Source: Octopus sinensis
Lineage: Eukaryota
Length of the DNA stretch: 64,000 bases
Direction: 5' to 3'
Assembly (NCBI RefSeq): GCF_006345805.1
Contig: NC_043006.1
Coordinates: 95,604,001 to 95,668,000 of the forward strand
Shown piece by piece: positions 1 to 12,734 of the stretch. The position numbers and the translations under genes are program-made. The stretch's first letter is position 1. The number at the start of each line of letters is the position of its first letter. The notes below the pieces were generated by a model. It saw only the letters and a program-made list of their open reading frames with translations, did no database searches and was not told the origin of the DNA.

Positions 1-429
1 ACCTTGCGTTTAGAATCTCGTTAGCGCTCAGTCTCACCAACAAACCATATTGCTTTGCACGAAAATGGAGTTTTATTTTAAGCACCACATATAAAACTGA
101 CAAAATACAACATAAAATTTTCTAAAGTCGTCATAAACTGGATGGAACCCCACAAAAGAAAAAGTGTAATTCATGACGATATTCCAAATAATATTTAGTA
201 AACGCATGGAGCTATGTCTAATGTAAATGCTCGCAACATTTTGATCCCACTAAAGACACTCACCGTTTCCTTCATATGTTCTGTAACTATATTTACCCTC
301 TAATTAGATTAGCTATCGTCGTCCTCACTGTGATTGCACACGAAGTTATGAGAGTAGGGATATGTCTTATTGACATAACACTTTAAACTGGAAATCGAAA
401 GAGAATTTTTCCTTGTTCATTCCATTGAA

Positions 430-690
430 GGTCAGCGGTTGACTGGTTAGAATACATATTCATGGTCGTCGGACCCTGGTTTTGATTCCTGGAACGGACG
501 GTGCAATGTGTTTTACGACAAAACACGTCATTTCACGCTACCCAGTTGATTTTTTTGCAATAGGTTAAGGGTTAACTAAGAAATCGACTGGCGTCCGATT
601 CAGAAAAAGAGGTTTTTGTGATCTCACTTACAAGCAAACCTGGCTAAGACTCGCTCTTACGAGACTTGAGGCTTTTCAAAGACAGACCTG
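430..690 (+). mobile_element. Degenerate tRNA-derived SINE (family D)
   Basis: Degenerate A/B-box head followed by the core ACACGTCATTTCACG, related to CACTTCATTTCATGTTGCTCCAG at 42781 and to the 12510-12680 copy. Confidence 0.45.
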
Positions 691-2410
691 TGACTTTCTA
701 TTATACAACTGTTGAATGATAAAAATATAAAAATATGGGATGCATCAAAAACATAACTAAGAATTACGCATACAAACTCAATGGCAAGGAAAGAGATTTT
801 GGTTCATTGGAACGCTGCTGGCGTCAACTTTTCCAAAGAACGGGTAACCACGATACCGCAGAAAAATATTTTACGAACAGATGGCTTGTTTATATCGCGG
901 TGTTTATATCGCGGAGGCCACTGACTGAGCTGGAGGGATGTTGATATGAATAACCTAAAATGATACAAGCTGATGGCAGAAGATGAGGGCAGAAACCATC
1001 AGAAATGCACAAGTCACTTCTTATTTTATTGATAGTGCTCTTCTCATAATCGGGATATTTGACATGGGTAATAATCGCCGACAACGGGTAGATTGAATAA
1101 ACGTACTTATAGATGTATAGGTACACACACACACACACACATACACACACACATACATATATACACATACACACACACTCTTATACAATTTATGGAGGTG
1201 TGTTTGTGTTTACACTCACCAGTGTGTGTGTATGTGCGTATGTGAGTGAGTATGTGCGTCAGTGTGGGTATATAATTATATGTATAATATCAATAAATAT
1301 ATGATCTTAATGACAGAGTCGTGCTTGGTATATACACACACGTATCCATACACGTATGAACGTCTCTATAGCTGTAAACATGTGTGTGTGTAAGAGTGTG
1401 TGTGTATGTAATATATGCGTGTATGTGGGGTAAATACGTACACAAACGATCGCCAACGCATACACATGTAAGAACACATACATGTACTTAGGCATAAGAT
1501 TTGCCAGTTTTTTTTATTTCTCTCTTTCGCTCACCGTACATTGTATGTGTGCTCTCATTCTTTCAAAACAATCTTTTTTCTTGCAAGCAAAAACACGCAC
1601 ACTCAAAATTTTATACGCATAACAAATATATACAAATATTCATCAATTTTTCTTTTAAAAAAAAAAAATATATATATATATACAGACACATACATACATA
1701 CATTTATATGTAGAGCCACACGCTCATTCTCCCAAGGCTTTCTGAAAGCAGTTATAGAGCGGAAGAAATCAGTATGCGACATTTTACTTATCTTTATGGT
1801 TTCGGGGCATGAAAGTGGTAAATAACCAGCCTAAGGACATATCTGTTGGAGCGTGGAATAATCAGAGAATACAACTGAAAACCCTGCAGCCCTGAACATT
1901 TTAACTCATCCGCTGGCTATTGAAATATTTCCAAGCAAACAAACAAACAAACACACACACACGCACACACGCACGCACGCACGCGCACGTGCACAAGAAC
2001 TTGCGGACATACACATATACACGCCCAAATACACACATACACACACACACACCTGCAAACACACATATATAATATATAAGTGTGTATGTGGCCGTGTGTA
2101 TGAGTGCCTCTCTATGTTAAAGTATGCAAGCAATGTATATATTTATAAACACACATATATATATATGTATTTTTATAAGACGTCTGTATATGTGTAAGTA
2201 TATAGATATAATATATGTGCGTGTGTGTGTTGTTATAAATATATATATATATATATATATATGTTATGTATGTATACATACATACACATTTTCACACATA
2301 TGAATATATATATAATATATATAATATCTATAATATATATATATATATTATATATAATATATATGTATGTATCTATGTATACACATATGTACACATATGA
2401 ATATATATAT

Positions 2411-2814
2411 ACTCCTTTACTCTTTTACTTGTTTCAGTCATTTGACTGCGGCCATGCTGGAACACCGCCTTTAAGCGAGCAACTCGACCCCGGGACTTAT
2501 TCTTTGTAAGCCCATTACTTATTCTATCGATATCTTTTTGCCGAACCGCTAAGTGACGGGGACATAAACACACCAGCATCAGTTGTCAAGCAATGCTAGG
2601 GGGACAAACACAGACACACAAACATACACATACATACATATATATATATACATATATCCGACAGGCTTCTTTCAGTGTCCGTCTACCAAATCCACTCACA
2701 AGGCATTGGTCGGCCCGAGCCTATAGCAGAAGACACTTGCCCAAGATGCCACGCAGTGGGACTGAACCCGGAACCATGTGGTTGGTAAGCAAGCTACTTA
2801 CCACACAGCCACTC
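2411..2814 (-). mobile_element. tRNA-derived SINE, family A
   Basis: Minus strand has a tRNA-like head (GAGTGGCTGTGTGGTAAG...CCGGGTTCAGTCCC), an internal microsatellite and the tail GGCGGTGTTCCAGCATGGCCGCAGTCAAATGACTGAAAC+(AAGAGT)n. There are more than 15 full or partial copies in the window. Confidence 0.85.
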
Positions 2815-2838
2815 ATATAATATATATATATATATATA

Positions 2839-2879
<41 letters not shown>

Positions 2880-2895
2880 ATCTATCTATATTCTG

Positions 2896-2928
<33 letters not shown>

Positions 2929-3779
2929 ATATCTATCTCTCTCTCTATATATATATATGTGTGTGTATACATATATATATATATGTGTGTGAGTGTGTGT
3001 GTGTGTGTTTGTGTACTTGTAGTAGAGTACATCTCCTTAGTGCTGTCGCCGTACCATCTCCCCCATCTGCCTACAATATCCATGTAAACAGCATTGATGG
3101 ATTTGAGGTGCAGATTCAGATGACAGTTTTATAATTAGGTTGCTTGCTCCGTTGCTGAAAGCACTGCTTTGTAATGATTCTTCCATTTTTCCCTAAATTC
3201 CATTCTACATATGAATAATATGCACGCACAGAAACACATACCATCATAGCTAGCCTCACACGGACACGCATACATGCACACACACACACGCACACAGACA
3301 CACACAGACACGCACAGGCCTATCAATATGTGTCTGTTTTATGCATTATGTAGAAATATATTATAGAGACATTCAGGAGAGAAAAGCAAAACTACGTGCA
3401 CGCATACATCCATCCATCCATTCATCCATAGATAAATACATAGTATATATGTATGTGTATATATATATAGTTTACGACAATATATCTATATATTTATGCA
3501 TATGCACTTTATATATTCATGCACATCTGTATTCATACATGCACACACACATGCATACACACACACTCACACACATATATATATATATGGTGATTGACTA
3601 TTCCTTATGCAGAATTTGATCACCTACTTTATCTACACCATCATGGCATCTGATGTGTCTTTTTAAACCAATGTTCTGAAAAGACACCCACGGATGAATA
3701 GCCAGACAGGCAGGCAGACAGACAGATCGATAGATCGATAGCTAGCTAAATTATGGTATAAAGCCACCACGTACATAGA

Positions 3780-3940
3780 AGGGGATAAGTCGATCTTACA
3801 AGTGGGATTCCTCTCATCGACCCGGACAGTATAAAAAGCAAAACCAACGCGATGGAATTCGAACTCAGAATGTAAACACGGACAAAATGTTGCTAACCAT
3901 TTTGACCGGCGTATTAACGATTGTGTCAGCTCTCCGCCTT
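3780..3940 (-). mobile_element. Degenerate tRNA-derived SINE, family B
   Basis: Similar to the better-preserved copies at 7108 and 31270 (head GGCGGAGAGCTG..., TTCTGAGTTCGAATTCC B-box region). Confidence 0.6.
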
Positions 3941-4242
3941 ATATGTGTATGCAAATATATATTTCCAACACACATTTTTTTTTCCATTTATTAAATAACG
4001 GAACGCTTTAGAATTTTTAGTCGATTGTATTTACCTTTTTGATAAGCCGTTCAATATATCTGCATTTTTATTCGCATTTATATTCTTACCTTCTGTGTTT
4101 TTACGTATATGTATATTTTATATGTTTAAGAACCAGGGTAATATTTATATATGATCAAATGTTGGAGGTATGGTGTTATATATAAAGTCGTTGACTCGAA
4201 TTTGATGTTTGTTCTATGCTCAAAGTTCCACACACACACACG

Positions 4243-4326
<84 letters not shown>

Positions 4327-4544
4327 TATATTAAATTAGAGATAAAACCACTATAAGGCAAATCAAACAGTGAAAAACATAAGCCAATACATAAAATAAT
4401 TTAAAATATAAAATTAAAATTAAAAAAATATTTAAATAATTTAAACTTATAAATTTTAAATTATATATATATATATATATGTGTGTGTATGTATGCATAT
4501 TTTTATATTATATATTATTTTATTTATTAATTTACTATAAATTA

Positions 4545-4579
<35 letters not shown>

Positions 4580-4698
4580 CAATTTAGGAATGGCCTGAAC
4601 AGGCCATTCGTCCACCAGAAAGAACAGCCATAACTCCAACCGCGAAGTAGTGTAATTCGGAAATAAGGTGAAAATTTAAAAACATTTACCCTAATTCA

Positions 4699-4801
4699 TC
4701 TTTTATACGATGCATCGTTTCGGTGTGTCTTTAATGATAGACCAGCTTAATTAAATTAAATTAAGCTAGTCTACCATAGGTCACACTTCATCAGTAAAAG
4801 A
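4699..4801 (-). ncRNA. Type I hammerhead ribozyme motif (H1)
   Basis: Minus strand: TCTTTTA-CTGATGA-[AGTGTG...CACACC enclosing an 18-bp inner hairpin with two G-U wobbles]-GAAA-CGATGCATCG-TA-TAAAAGA. Stem I is 7 bp, stem III is palindromic, cleavage triplet is GUA. Weakness: A.C mismatch at the base of stem II. Confidence 0.75.
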
Positions 4802-5580
4802 AACCTGGGAGAGACGGATATACACGAGGCTACTGTATCAATGCCTCGGGAATATCTGTCTCTTAAAATTTTCAAGACCAACGCATTCGCGCCAAACTTA
4901 TCGGCAGCAAATATAAACTGCCGATTCAATCTCAGAATTAGTCAGAAAATTATCAATTAATCAATTTAGGGTAGCAAAAAATTCAGTAAAAATTTATCGC
5001 TACCAGCGGCCTAATGGAAAAGAGAAAATAGTCAAAGACTAAATATGTATAAATATAACAATTAGGAATGGCCTGAACAGGCCATTCGTCCACCAGAAAG
5101 AGCAGCCATAACTCCAACGCCAAGTAGTGTAATTCGGAAATAAGGTGAAAATTTAAAAACATTTACCCTAATTCATCTTTTATACGATGCATCGTTTCGG
5201 TGTCTTTAATGAATTAGGGTAAATGTTTTTAAAATTTTCACCTTATTTCCGAATTACACTACTTGGCGGTTGGAGTTATGGCTGCTCTTTCTGGTGGACG
5301 AATGGCCTGTTCAGGCCATTCCTAAATGTTATATTTATACATATTTAGTCTTTGACTATTTTCTCTTTTCCATTAGGCCGCTGGTAGCGATAATTTTTAC
5401 TGAATTTTTGCTACCCTAAATTGATTATTGATAATTTTCTGACTAATTCTGAGATTGAATCGGCAGTTTATATTTGCTGCCGATAAGTTTGGCGCGAATG
5501 CGTTGGTCTTGAAAATTTTAAGACAGATATTCCCGAGGCATTGATACAGTAGCCTCGTGTATATCCGTCTCTCCCAGGTT

Positions 5581-5679
5581 TCTTTTATGATGAAGTGTGA
5601 CCTATGGTAGACTAGCTTAATTTAATTTAATTAAGCTGGTCTTCATTAAAGACACCGAAACGATGCATCGTATAAAAGA
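5581..5679 (+). ncRNA. Type I hammerhead motif (H1), core C missing
   Basis: Mirror copy of 4699-4801 but reads TCTTTTA-TGATGA (1-nt deletion, either mutation or sequencing error). Confidence 0.55.
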
Positions 5680-5919
5680 TGAATTAGGGTAAATGTTTTT
5701 AAATTTTCACCTTATTTCCGAATTACACTACTTCGCGGTTGGAGTTATGGCTGCTCTTTCTGGTGGACGAATGGCCTGTTCAGGCCATTCCTAAATTGTT
5801 ATATTTATACATATTTAGTCTTTGACTATTTTCTCTTTTCCATTAGGCCGCTGGTAGCGATAAATTTTTACTGAATTTTTGCTACCCTAAATTGATTAAT
5901 ATATATATATATAATTATA

Positions 5920-5956
<37 letters not shown>

Positions 5957-5958
<2 letters not shown>

Positions 5959-6322
5959 CGCAGGAGTGGCTATGTGGTAAGTAGCTTGCTTACCAAACAC
6001 ATGGTTCCGGGTTCAGTCCCACTGCGTGGCATCTCGGGCAAGTGTCTTCTACTATAACCTCGGGCCGACCAAAGCCTTGTGAGTGGATATGGTAGACGGA
6101 AACTGAAAGAAGCCCGTCGTATATATATATATATGTGTGTGTGTTGACAACCGATGTTGGTGTGTTTACGTACCCGTCACTTAGCGGTTCGGCAAAAGAG
6201 ACCGATAGAATAAGTACTGGGCTTGCAAAGAATAAGTCCCGAGGTCGATTTGCTCGACTAAATGTGGTGCTCCAGCATGGCCGCAGTCAAATGACTGAAA
6301 CAAGTAAGAGAGTAAAAGAGTA
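5957..6322 (+). mobile_element. SINE family A
   Basis: Starts GGCGCAGGAGTGGCTATGTGGTAAG and ends GACTGAAACAAGTAAGAGAGTAAAAGAG. Confidence 0.85.
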
Positions 6323-6335
6323 TATATATATATAT

Positions 6336-6698
6336 ACTCTTTACTCTTTTACTTGTTTCAGCCATTTGACTGCGGCCATGCTGGAGCGCCACCTTTAGTA
6401 CTTATTCTATCGGTCTCTTTTTGCCGAACCGCTAGGTGACGGGGACGTAAACACACCAGCATCGGTTGTCAAGCAATGCTAGGGGGACAAACACAGACAC
6501 ACAAACACACACATATATACATATATATACATATATACGACAGGCTTCTTTCAGTTTCCGTCTACCAAATCCACTCACAAGGCATTGGTCGGCCCGGGGC
6601 TATAGCAGAAGACACTTGCCCAAGATGCCACGCAGTGGGACTGAAACCGCAACCGTGTGGTTGGTTAGCAAGCTACTTACCACACAGCCACTCCTGCG

Positions 6699-6700
<2 letters not shown>
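6336..6700 (-). mobile_element. SINE family A
   Basis: Reverse-complement copy ending at CACTCCTGCGCC (6700). Confidence 0.85.
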
Positions 6701-6770
<70 letters not shown>

Positions 6771-7107
6771 ATGTATATGTATATATGGTGCAAATGTACA
6801 TGGAACAAGCGTACGTGTGTGGAAACAACATACAAGGTGTCTTAGTTTGCAGTTCAGGAGAAATGGAAAGGTTTCTGAAGTTTCGACCCTACGCTCGTTT
6901 TCAGAAAGGAATGAGGAATGAAAATGGAATAAGAAAAACATGTTTGGATATGGCGGTTTCACAGGAATATATTTATTAGGGATGGGTAATCTTTTACTTT
7001 AGGTAGTCTTCCCTAATTTTTCTTGTTGTTTGTTGTCACATAAAGGTACCGATTTGTACCCCACTGTTTCTTTAGCTTCACGTTCTTTTGTTTTGGTGGA
7101 AATAATC

Positions 7108-7317
7108 TTTTCTACGCTAGGCACAAGGCCCGAAACTTGGACAGGAGACCAGTCGAATAAATCGACCCCATTACGCAATTGGTACTTAATTTGTCGACCC
7201 CGAAAGGATGAGAGGCAAAGTCGACCTCGGAAGAATTTGAACTCAGAACTTAAAGACAGACGAAATACCGCTAAGCATTTCACCCGGCGTGCTACCGATC
7301 CTGCCAACTCGCCGCCT
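7108..7317 (-). mobile_element. SINE family B
   Basis: Minus strand GGCGGCGAGTTGGCAGGATCGGTAGCACGCCGGG...TTCTGAGTTCAAATTC...GTCGACTTTGCC, near-identical in layout to 31270. Confidence 0.8.
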
Positions 7318-7838
7318 TGTTTTTGGTGGAAATGATGCCGACAGGGCTAGCTACCAAATTGATTAAATTATGTTTGATGCATATCCTATTAGTTAGTTTT
7401 GCTGAACCAACAGGTTCCGGGGACTTAAACGAACCAACACTAGTCACTTTGCTTCGTTATGAGTGTTGTTTTGGTTATTGATCCTCTATTTTTTGTGAGG
7501 TATTTTGTAGTTTACGACTACGTGAATTAAATAATATCGGTTGCAAAACAAAGAAAGGAGTAAAAACATAGAAACCCCCCCACACACACACACGTATACA
7601 TAAACACATATTCACACGCATACATAAAAACATATTCACATACACATACACACACATATGTATATTTGAATATCTATGAGGATTTCTTAATACAGATTTT
7701 GGAGTGTAAAGTTGACTTTTTAAAATGATTTTTTTAATGTTATGTAATATGTTATGAGGATGTTGCTAACCTCTTGAGGGAAGAAGATATTTTCTAGTGT
7801 GAGAGTGCTTTCGTTAAACCTTTTCAAACACAAGTGCT

Positions 7839-7876
<38 letters not shown>

Positions 7877-8764
7877 CACACACATATAAACATAATCACA
7901 CATTATGTTGGGAACACATTTTCCTTCAAACAAATCCACTCAAAAGCATTTTTCAAACCGTGGGCCTAATACCAGACATTAGCCTAGCTTACCGCGCGAG
8001 GGAACTGAACCTGAATCAACATGATCATAGAGAAGCCTCTTCACACTTCAGCCACGCCTCAACCAATGTAATTCTCTTTGTGGTGACATTAATGTAAAAA
8101 TACTGGTGTATCTGCGTTTTCTTATTCCTTTTTGTATTTACGTTTCATTACTTTAATTATTACTTTGAGGTATTTTTTTGCATTGTTCTAAGCTTTTAAT
8201 ATAATACAGCCTCAATGTGGCGAACCGGTATAATCATTTGCACGCCGGACAAAATGCTTAGCGTCATTTCGTCCGTCTTTAAGTTCTGAATTGTAATTAC
8301 GCCCAAATCGACTTCACCTTTTATCGTTTCGAAGTTGATAAAATAAGTACCAGTTGAGTACTGGAGTGGATGTACTCTAGTTATTCCTTTCCTTCAAACT
8401 GCTGGTCTTCAACCTAAATCCTGTCAGAAAGACTGGATGGATCGAATCTGTACAGGAGAAGATACGCGGGATGACGAGTCGCTAAGGAGGTCACAAGATG
8501 TGTGAGGAAAGATTTCAGAAAAAGGAAACTAAAAAGAATAATAATAAAGCTGAGGTGAAGACCAATCATTTAGTACGTGTTATTGATTGGCGATAGATAT
8601 ACCATCACGAAATATAACAATATACATATTATACTTTTATACGTAGAAGCGTGAAAGTTTCATCCGACGAAGAGCAGCAGCCCGAAATTCGAAGTCATTG
8701 TCATTCCCCAAACCTCTTTATATATGTGTGTGTGTGTGCGTGTGTGTGTGTGTTTGTGTGTGTG

Positions 8765-8944
8765 GCAAGTAGCTTGCTTTCCAAACACATGGTTCTGTGT
8801 TCAGGCCCACTGCGTAGCACCTTGGGCAAGTGTCTTCTATTAGTCTAGTGAGTGAATTTAGTAGGCGGAAGCCCGTCGTATATATATATATTTGTATGTA
8901 TGTATGTATATATGTATGTATGCATGTATGTATGCATGTATGTA

Positions 8945-8982
<38 letters not shown>

Positions 8983-9155
8983 TGTCACCACCATCATTTG
9001 ACAACCGATGTTGATGTGTGTACGCTCCCGTCATTTACTGGTTTGGCCAAAGAACCGATAGAATAAGTACTACGCTTAGAAATAATAAGATAAGTCTTGG
9101 GGTCGATTTTTTCGACTAAAGGCAGTGCTCCAGGATAGCCGCTGTCAAATGCCTA
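8765..9155 (+). mobile_element. Diverged SINE family A
   Basis: Head AAGTAGCTTGCTTTCCAAACACATGGTTC and tail GGCAGTGCTCCAGG...GTCAAATG. Confidence 0.65.
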
Positions 9156-9282
9156 AGACAAATTCAGAATCTATACTAATGTTAAAAATTAAGAAGAATA
9201 TCATACTTGTCGTAGCCTGATCATGATCACTTCATAAGTAAATTACATCGAATGAATTTTCAGTGAATGAAAGATATCTTGC

Positions 9283-9315
<33 letters not shown>

Positions 9316-9317
<2 letters not shown>

Positions 9318-9535
9318 TTAATCCAAACATGAAAACACAAAGAGAAAACACAACAACGCGAGGACATGGAACAAATATAGTATTATTGGACGCTCAGGAA
9401 GGAAGGGAAGAAGGAGGGCTTTACGTTTCGAGCGGAGCTCTTCGTCAGAAACATAGAAAAAGGAAAGATCCAGAGAAGGGAAGACGAAGGGATAAAAATC
9501 GCCAACGGTACACACGAGGTCACATTTTGAATCAT
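9316..9535 (-). mobile_element. Short PLE-end-like element with minimal hammerhead, family H2
   Basis: Homologous to 11705-11892 (+) and ~11965-12135 (-). Shares the 3' end GGATTAACTT abutting (TA)n with the 11.7-kb copy. Confidence 0.65.
9418..9452 (-). ncRNA. Minimal type I hammerhead motif (H2)
   Basis: GTTT-CTGACGA-A-GAGC(TCC)GCTC-GAAA-CG-TA-AAGC. Stem III is reduced to the palindrome ACGU with no loop, so it could only fold as a dimer. There is an extra A after the core. Confidence 0.6.
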
Positions 9536-11704
9536 ATACATATATAATATGTATATATATATATGCGCAACTTGAGCGGGAAATAAATGTTTTTCAGCCA
9601 GTGTTAATAACTTCATGTACGTTGAATTACATGGATTATTAAAATTTTAAGATAAATACATATTTAAAGAATAAACACAATATTTAGTGTATAAAACATG
9701 ATTCAGATTAGCTACTCGTATTTAGCTAACAAAGTTCGGATAATAATTTAAATGAGAAGTAATGGTTTATTTCAGGCAGTTATTATATAATATTCACTAG
9801 TTAATTGCATGTTTTATATAATGAAGGTCCTTTGTTAATTATTGTAATATTTTCTTAATTACATACGAAATTAAAATTAAAGCAATTTATAGTGTCTTAA
9901 AGATTAACTTGAAATTCTTGTAGATTTACCCTTTTAGTTTTATCTCCTACGTGTTTCACTCATTGGACAGCGTCCATGCTGTGGCAACGCCTTGAAAGTC
10001 TTAATCGATCAAATCGCCCCCAGTTCTTTTGCTTTTAGAATGTGGTACTTCTTTCGTTTGTCCACTCACTCATAGGTGCAGGAGTGGCTGTGTGGTAAGT
10101 GGAATACATATATACTATACATACATATACTATATATATATGTGTGTCTGTGTGTGTATATATATGTATGCACACATACATACATACGTATATACATACA
10201 TGCACGCGAACGTACATACGTGCGTACATACATGTAAATACTGGTCTTTTTGTATTTAATACACTCCCATGCGGACAGAATGTCACACGCTTAGCCTCCC
10301 TCTATGTCTCTCTTTCCTTATCTCCCTCACAAACTCTCTCACACTGACACACATACATATTTAGGTATTTACCAACGGGACCGCGGGTAGGTAGACACAA
10401 TGAGAGAAATGCCTGATATGAACGCCAGGTAACGAAATTACAGGAACCAATTCTCAAATAACAGCACCCAAATCTTCAAGAAGTTCTAAGGAAATACTTC
10501 TGGCGATGCCTGTGTCATCAAAAAATAGTTATCCCAGAGGATCAGTTTCAATGTTCCATGAGTAGTTTTTTTACGTATCATGGCACACTGTGGGTAAATT
10601 TAATGATAGCAATATCATTTATGTGTATTGAGTAAAATAGATATGATAACCCGTTATATGCATTAGATGCCATATGATATTAAAATATACAACAGTGTAT
10701 GATATTTAATGCAAATACTTCATAACGAATTACTTCAATCACAACACTCGTGAATTGGTTTAATCCCTGCTTTTCTATATAAGTAGCGACGGATTTCGAC
10801 TTAGCAAGCGAGCAATAGTGATTACATTCTACTTCGACGAGTCAGAAATGCACAACTAACATTCTCTTGTCATCATTGGACGATTTTCGTCTGCTACTTA
10901 TGTATTTTTGCATTTTAACAAAGTACGTCCACAACAGTTATCATCTCCGGATGGATATTTCAGCTAATTTGCTTTTCCGCGATATATTTGCAATTTAGAA
11001 TGATTCACAGATTGTTATTGAAATAATTATACTTAGTACAAAAACAATCTATGGAACTAAAAGAAATTATGTTTTAGAGACACTAAATGTATGAAGTAAT
11101 TTTAGTCATACTAAGTTGTTAAGGAAATTGGTTTATAAAAAACTGGGTTTATATAATAATTATATCTAAAGGGATGTAATTCATAAAAGGAAGTTATTGA
11201 GAGAGTGGAATTGTTTTATCAGTAAATATAAAAATATATATTGTTCTGGGGAAGAAAGATTATTTCACTAATTGTTTGTGTTCGTTAGCTTAAGACTTAT
11301 TGAAATTACAAGAAATCTATATAATGGAAAATATTTGGGCACTTTCATAAAGAAAATCTGTTGTTTGATTTTCTTTTTCATATTCATAACTTGGTAGACA
11401 TTTGTCTAGAATAGACGAGACTGTAAAAAATGCGTATTTGGTAATGCATAGTATGAAAGCGCAGATTTATAATTATTTTAGACTTTCTCGTCTATCTTTT
11501 ATATTTTTCAGGCAGCAAATTGCGGTCATGGTGGGGCGGCGCCTTAATGAATCGTCCCCGATATTTCTTGTTTTTAAAGCTTGGTATTTATTCTATCGGT
11601 CCTCTTTGTCGAAAAGCTTCGTTACAGAGTCGTAAGCACACCAACGCTTGTTATCAAGCGGTGAGGGAGAGACACACAGAGACTCCACGCGCGTGCACAC
11701 ATAT

Positions 11705-11889
11705 ATACGTGTACCGTTGGCGATTTTCTTCCTCTGTCTTCTCTTCTCTGGATCTTTCCTTCTCCTACGTTTCCGACGAAGAGCTCCTCTCAAAACGTTA
11801 AACCCTCCTTCTTTCCTGAGCGTCCAATAATACTATATTTGTTCCACGTCCTCGCGTTGTAGTGTTTTTTGGGCTTCTTGTTTGGATTA

Positions 11890-11892
<3 letters not shown>
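11705..11892 (+). mobile_element. H2 element with decayed hammerhead
   Basis: GTTT-CCGACGA-AGAGCTCCTCTC-AAAA-CG-TT-AAAC at 11769-11803. Flanking sequence matches the 9.3-kb copy. Confidence 0.65.
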
Positions 11893-11960
<68 letters not shown>

Positions 11961-11964
11961 GTAC

Positions 11965-12135
11965 GTTTAGTTAAAACTAACGACGAAGAGAAAAGACGAA
12001 AGAAACAACAACGCGTGGACGTGGTACACAAAAGGAAAAAAAGAGTGGCTGTTTTACGTTTCGCGCACAGCTCTTCTTCCGAAACAATAGACATAGGTAA
12101 GTCCAAAAGAAAAGGCTGAAGGAGGAGAAAACAAT
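11965..12135 (-). mobile_element. Diverged H2-like element with decayed hammerhead
   Basis: Minus strand GTTT-CGGAAGA-AGAGCTGTGCGC-GAAA-CG-TA-AAAC. Confidence 0.5.
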
Positions 12136-12734
12136 GCCAACAATCCATATGCAGTTGCATACATAAACACACACACACACGCACACCCACACACACACAT
12201 ACACACACACATGATTGGCTTCCTTCAGATTCCGTCTTGCAAATCCATTCAGAGGACTTTGGCTGGTCCACTACTATAACAGAAGTGGGCTCGTCCACTA
12301 CTATAATAATGTGCCACACAGTGGTGCTGAACCCAAAACCATGCAGTCGAAAAGAAAGCTTCTTATCACTCAGCCATTCCTGCGCCCCATATACTTAAAT
12401 GAATGTTTAATGCTTTCTCGTTGGTTTTTAGGGATATTATACATGTGTACGTTTATCACAGAAGGAGGAAGAAGCATATATACAGCGAAGACGAGTGAAA
12501 TAGAGATCGTGCTGTTTCACTCCACAGCACAAGATTACGGTTTCGATATGAAGTCAAGGTGTTGTGGCCTGTTCCACAACACTTCATTTCATGTTGCACC
12601 AGTTCCGTTTATGGGAAATATTGTGAAGTCGGTCACTTAAACACCATGCAAACCGAATAACCGATCCAGTGAGTGGTAGATGATAACAAATAATGACATG
12701 ACAAAATATAAATCGATATATATATATATATACG

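Larger units (their letters stand above)
4573..5900. mobile_element. Hammerhead-bearing PLE-pLTR/retrozyme-like element, family H1: partial tandem of a ~478-bp unit plus a ~600-bp inverted arm
   Basis: GGAATGGCCTG recurs at 4587 and 5065. Segment 4573-5176 is the reverse complement of ~5209-5803 around a 32-nt spacer. Both ends abut (TA)n. Confidence 0.8.

Noticed and set aside
4573-5900. CRISPR-like array or satellite
   Set aside because: Eukaryotic context, only 1.2-1.5 units per orientation, and no repeat-spacer alternation.
5957-6040. tRNA genes at SINE heads
   Set aside because: A/B boxes are present, but they continue into SINE bodies and lack a complete cloverleaf.
8655-8705. Hammerhead-like CCGACGA...GAAATTCGAAGTC
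   Set aside because: Core substitution plus mismatches in stems I and II. It may be a decayed relative but is not supportable alone.
10350-10600. Non-repetitive block tested as an exon on both strands
   Set aside because: Stops occur in all frames between plausible splice sites.
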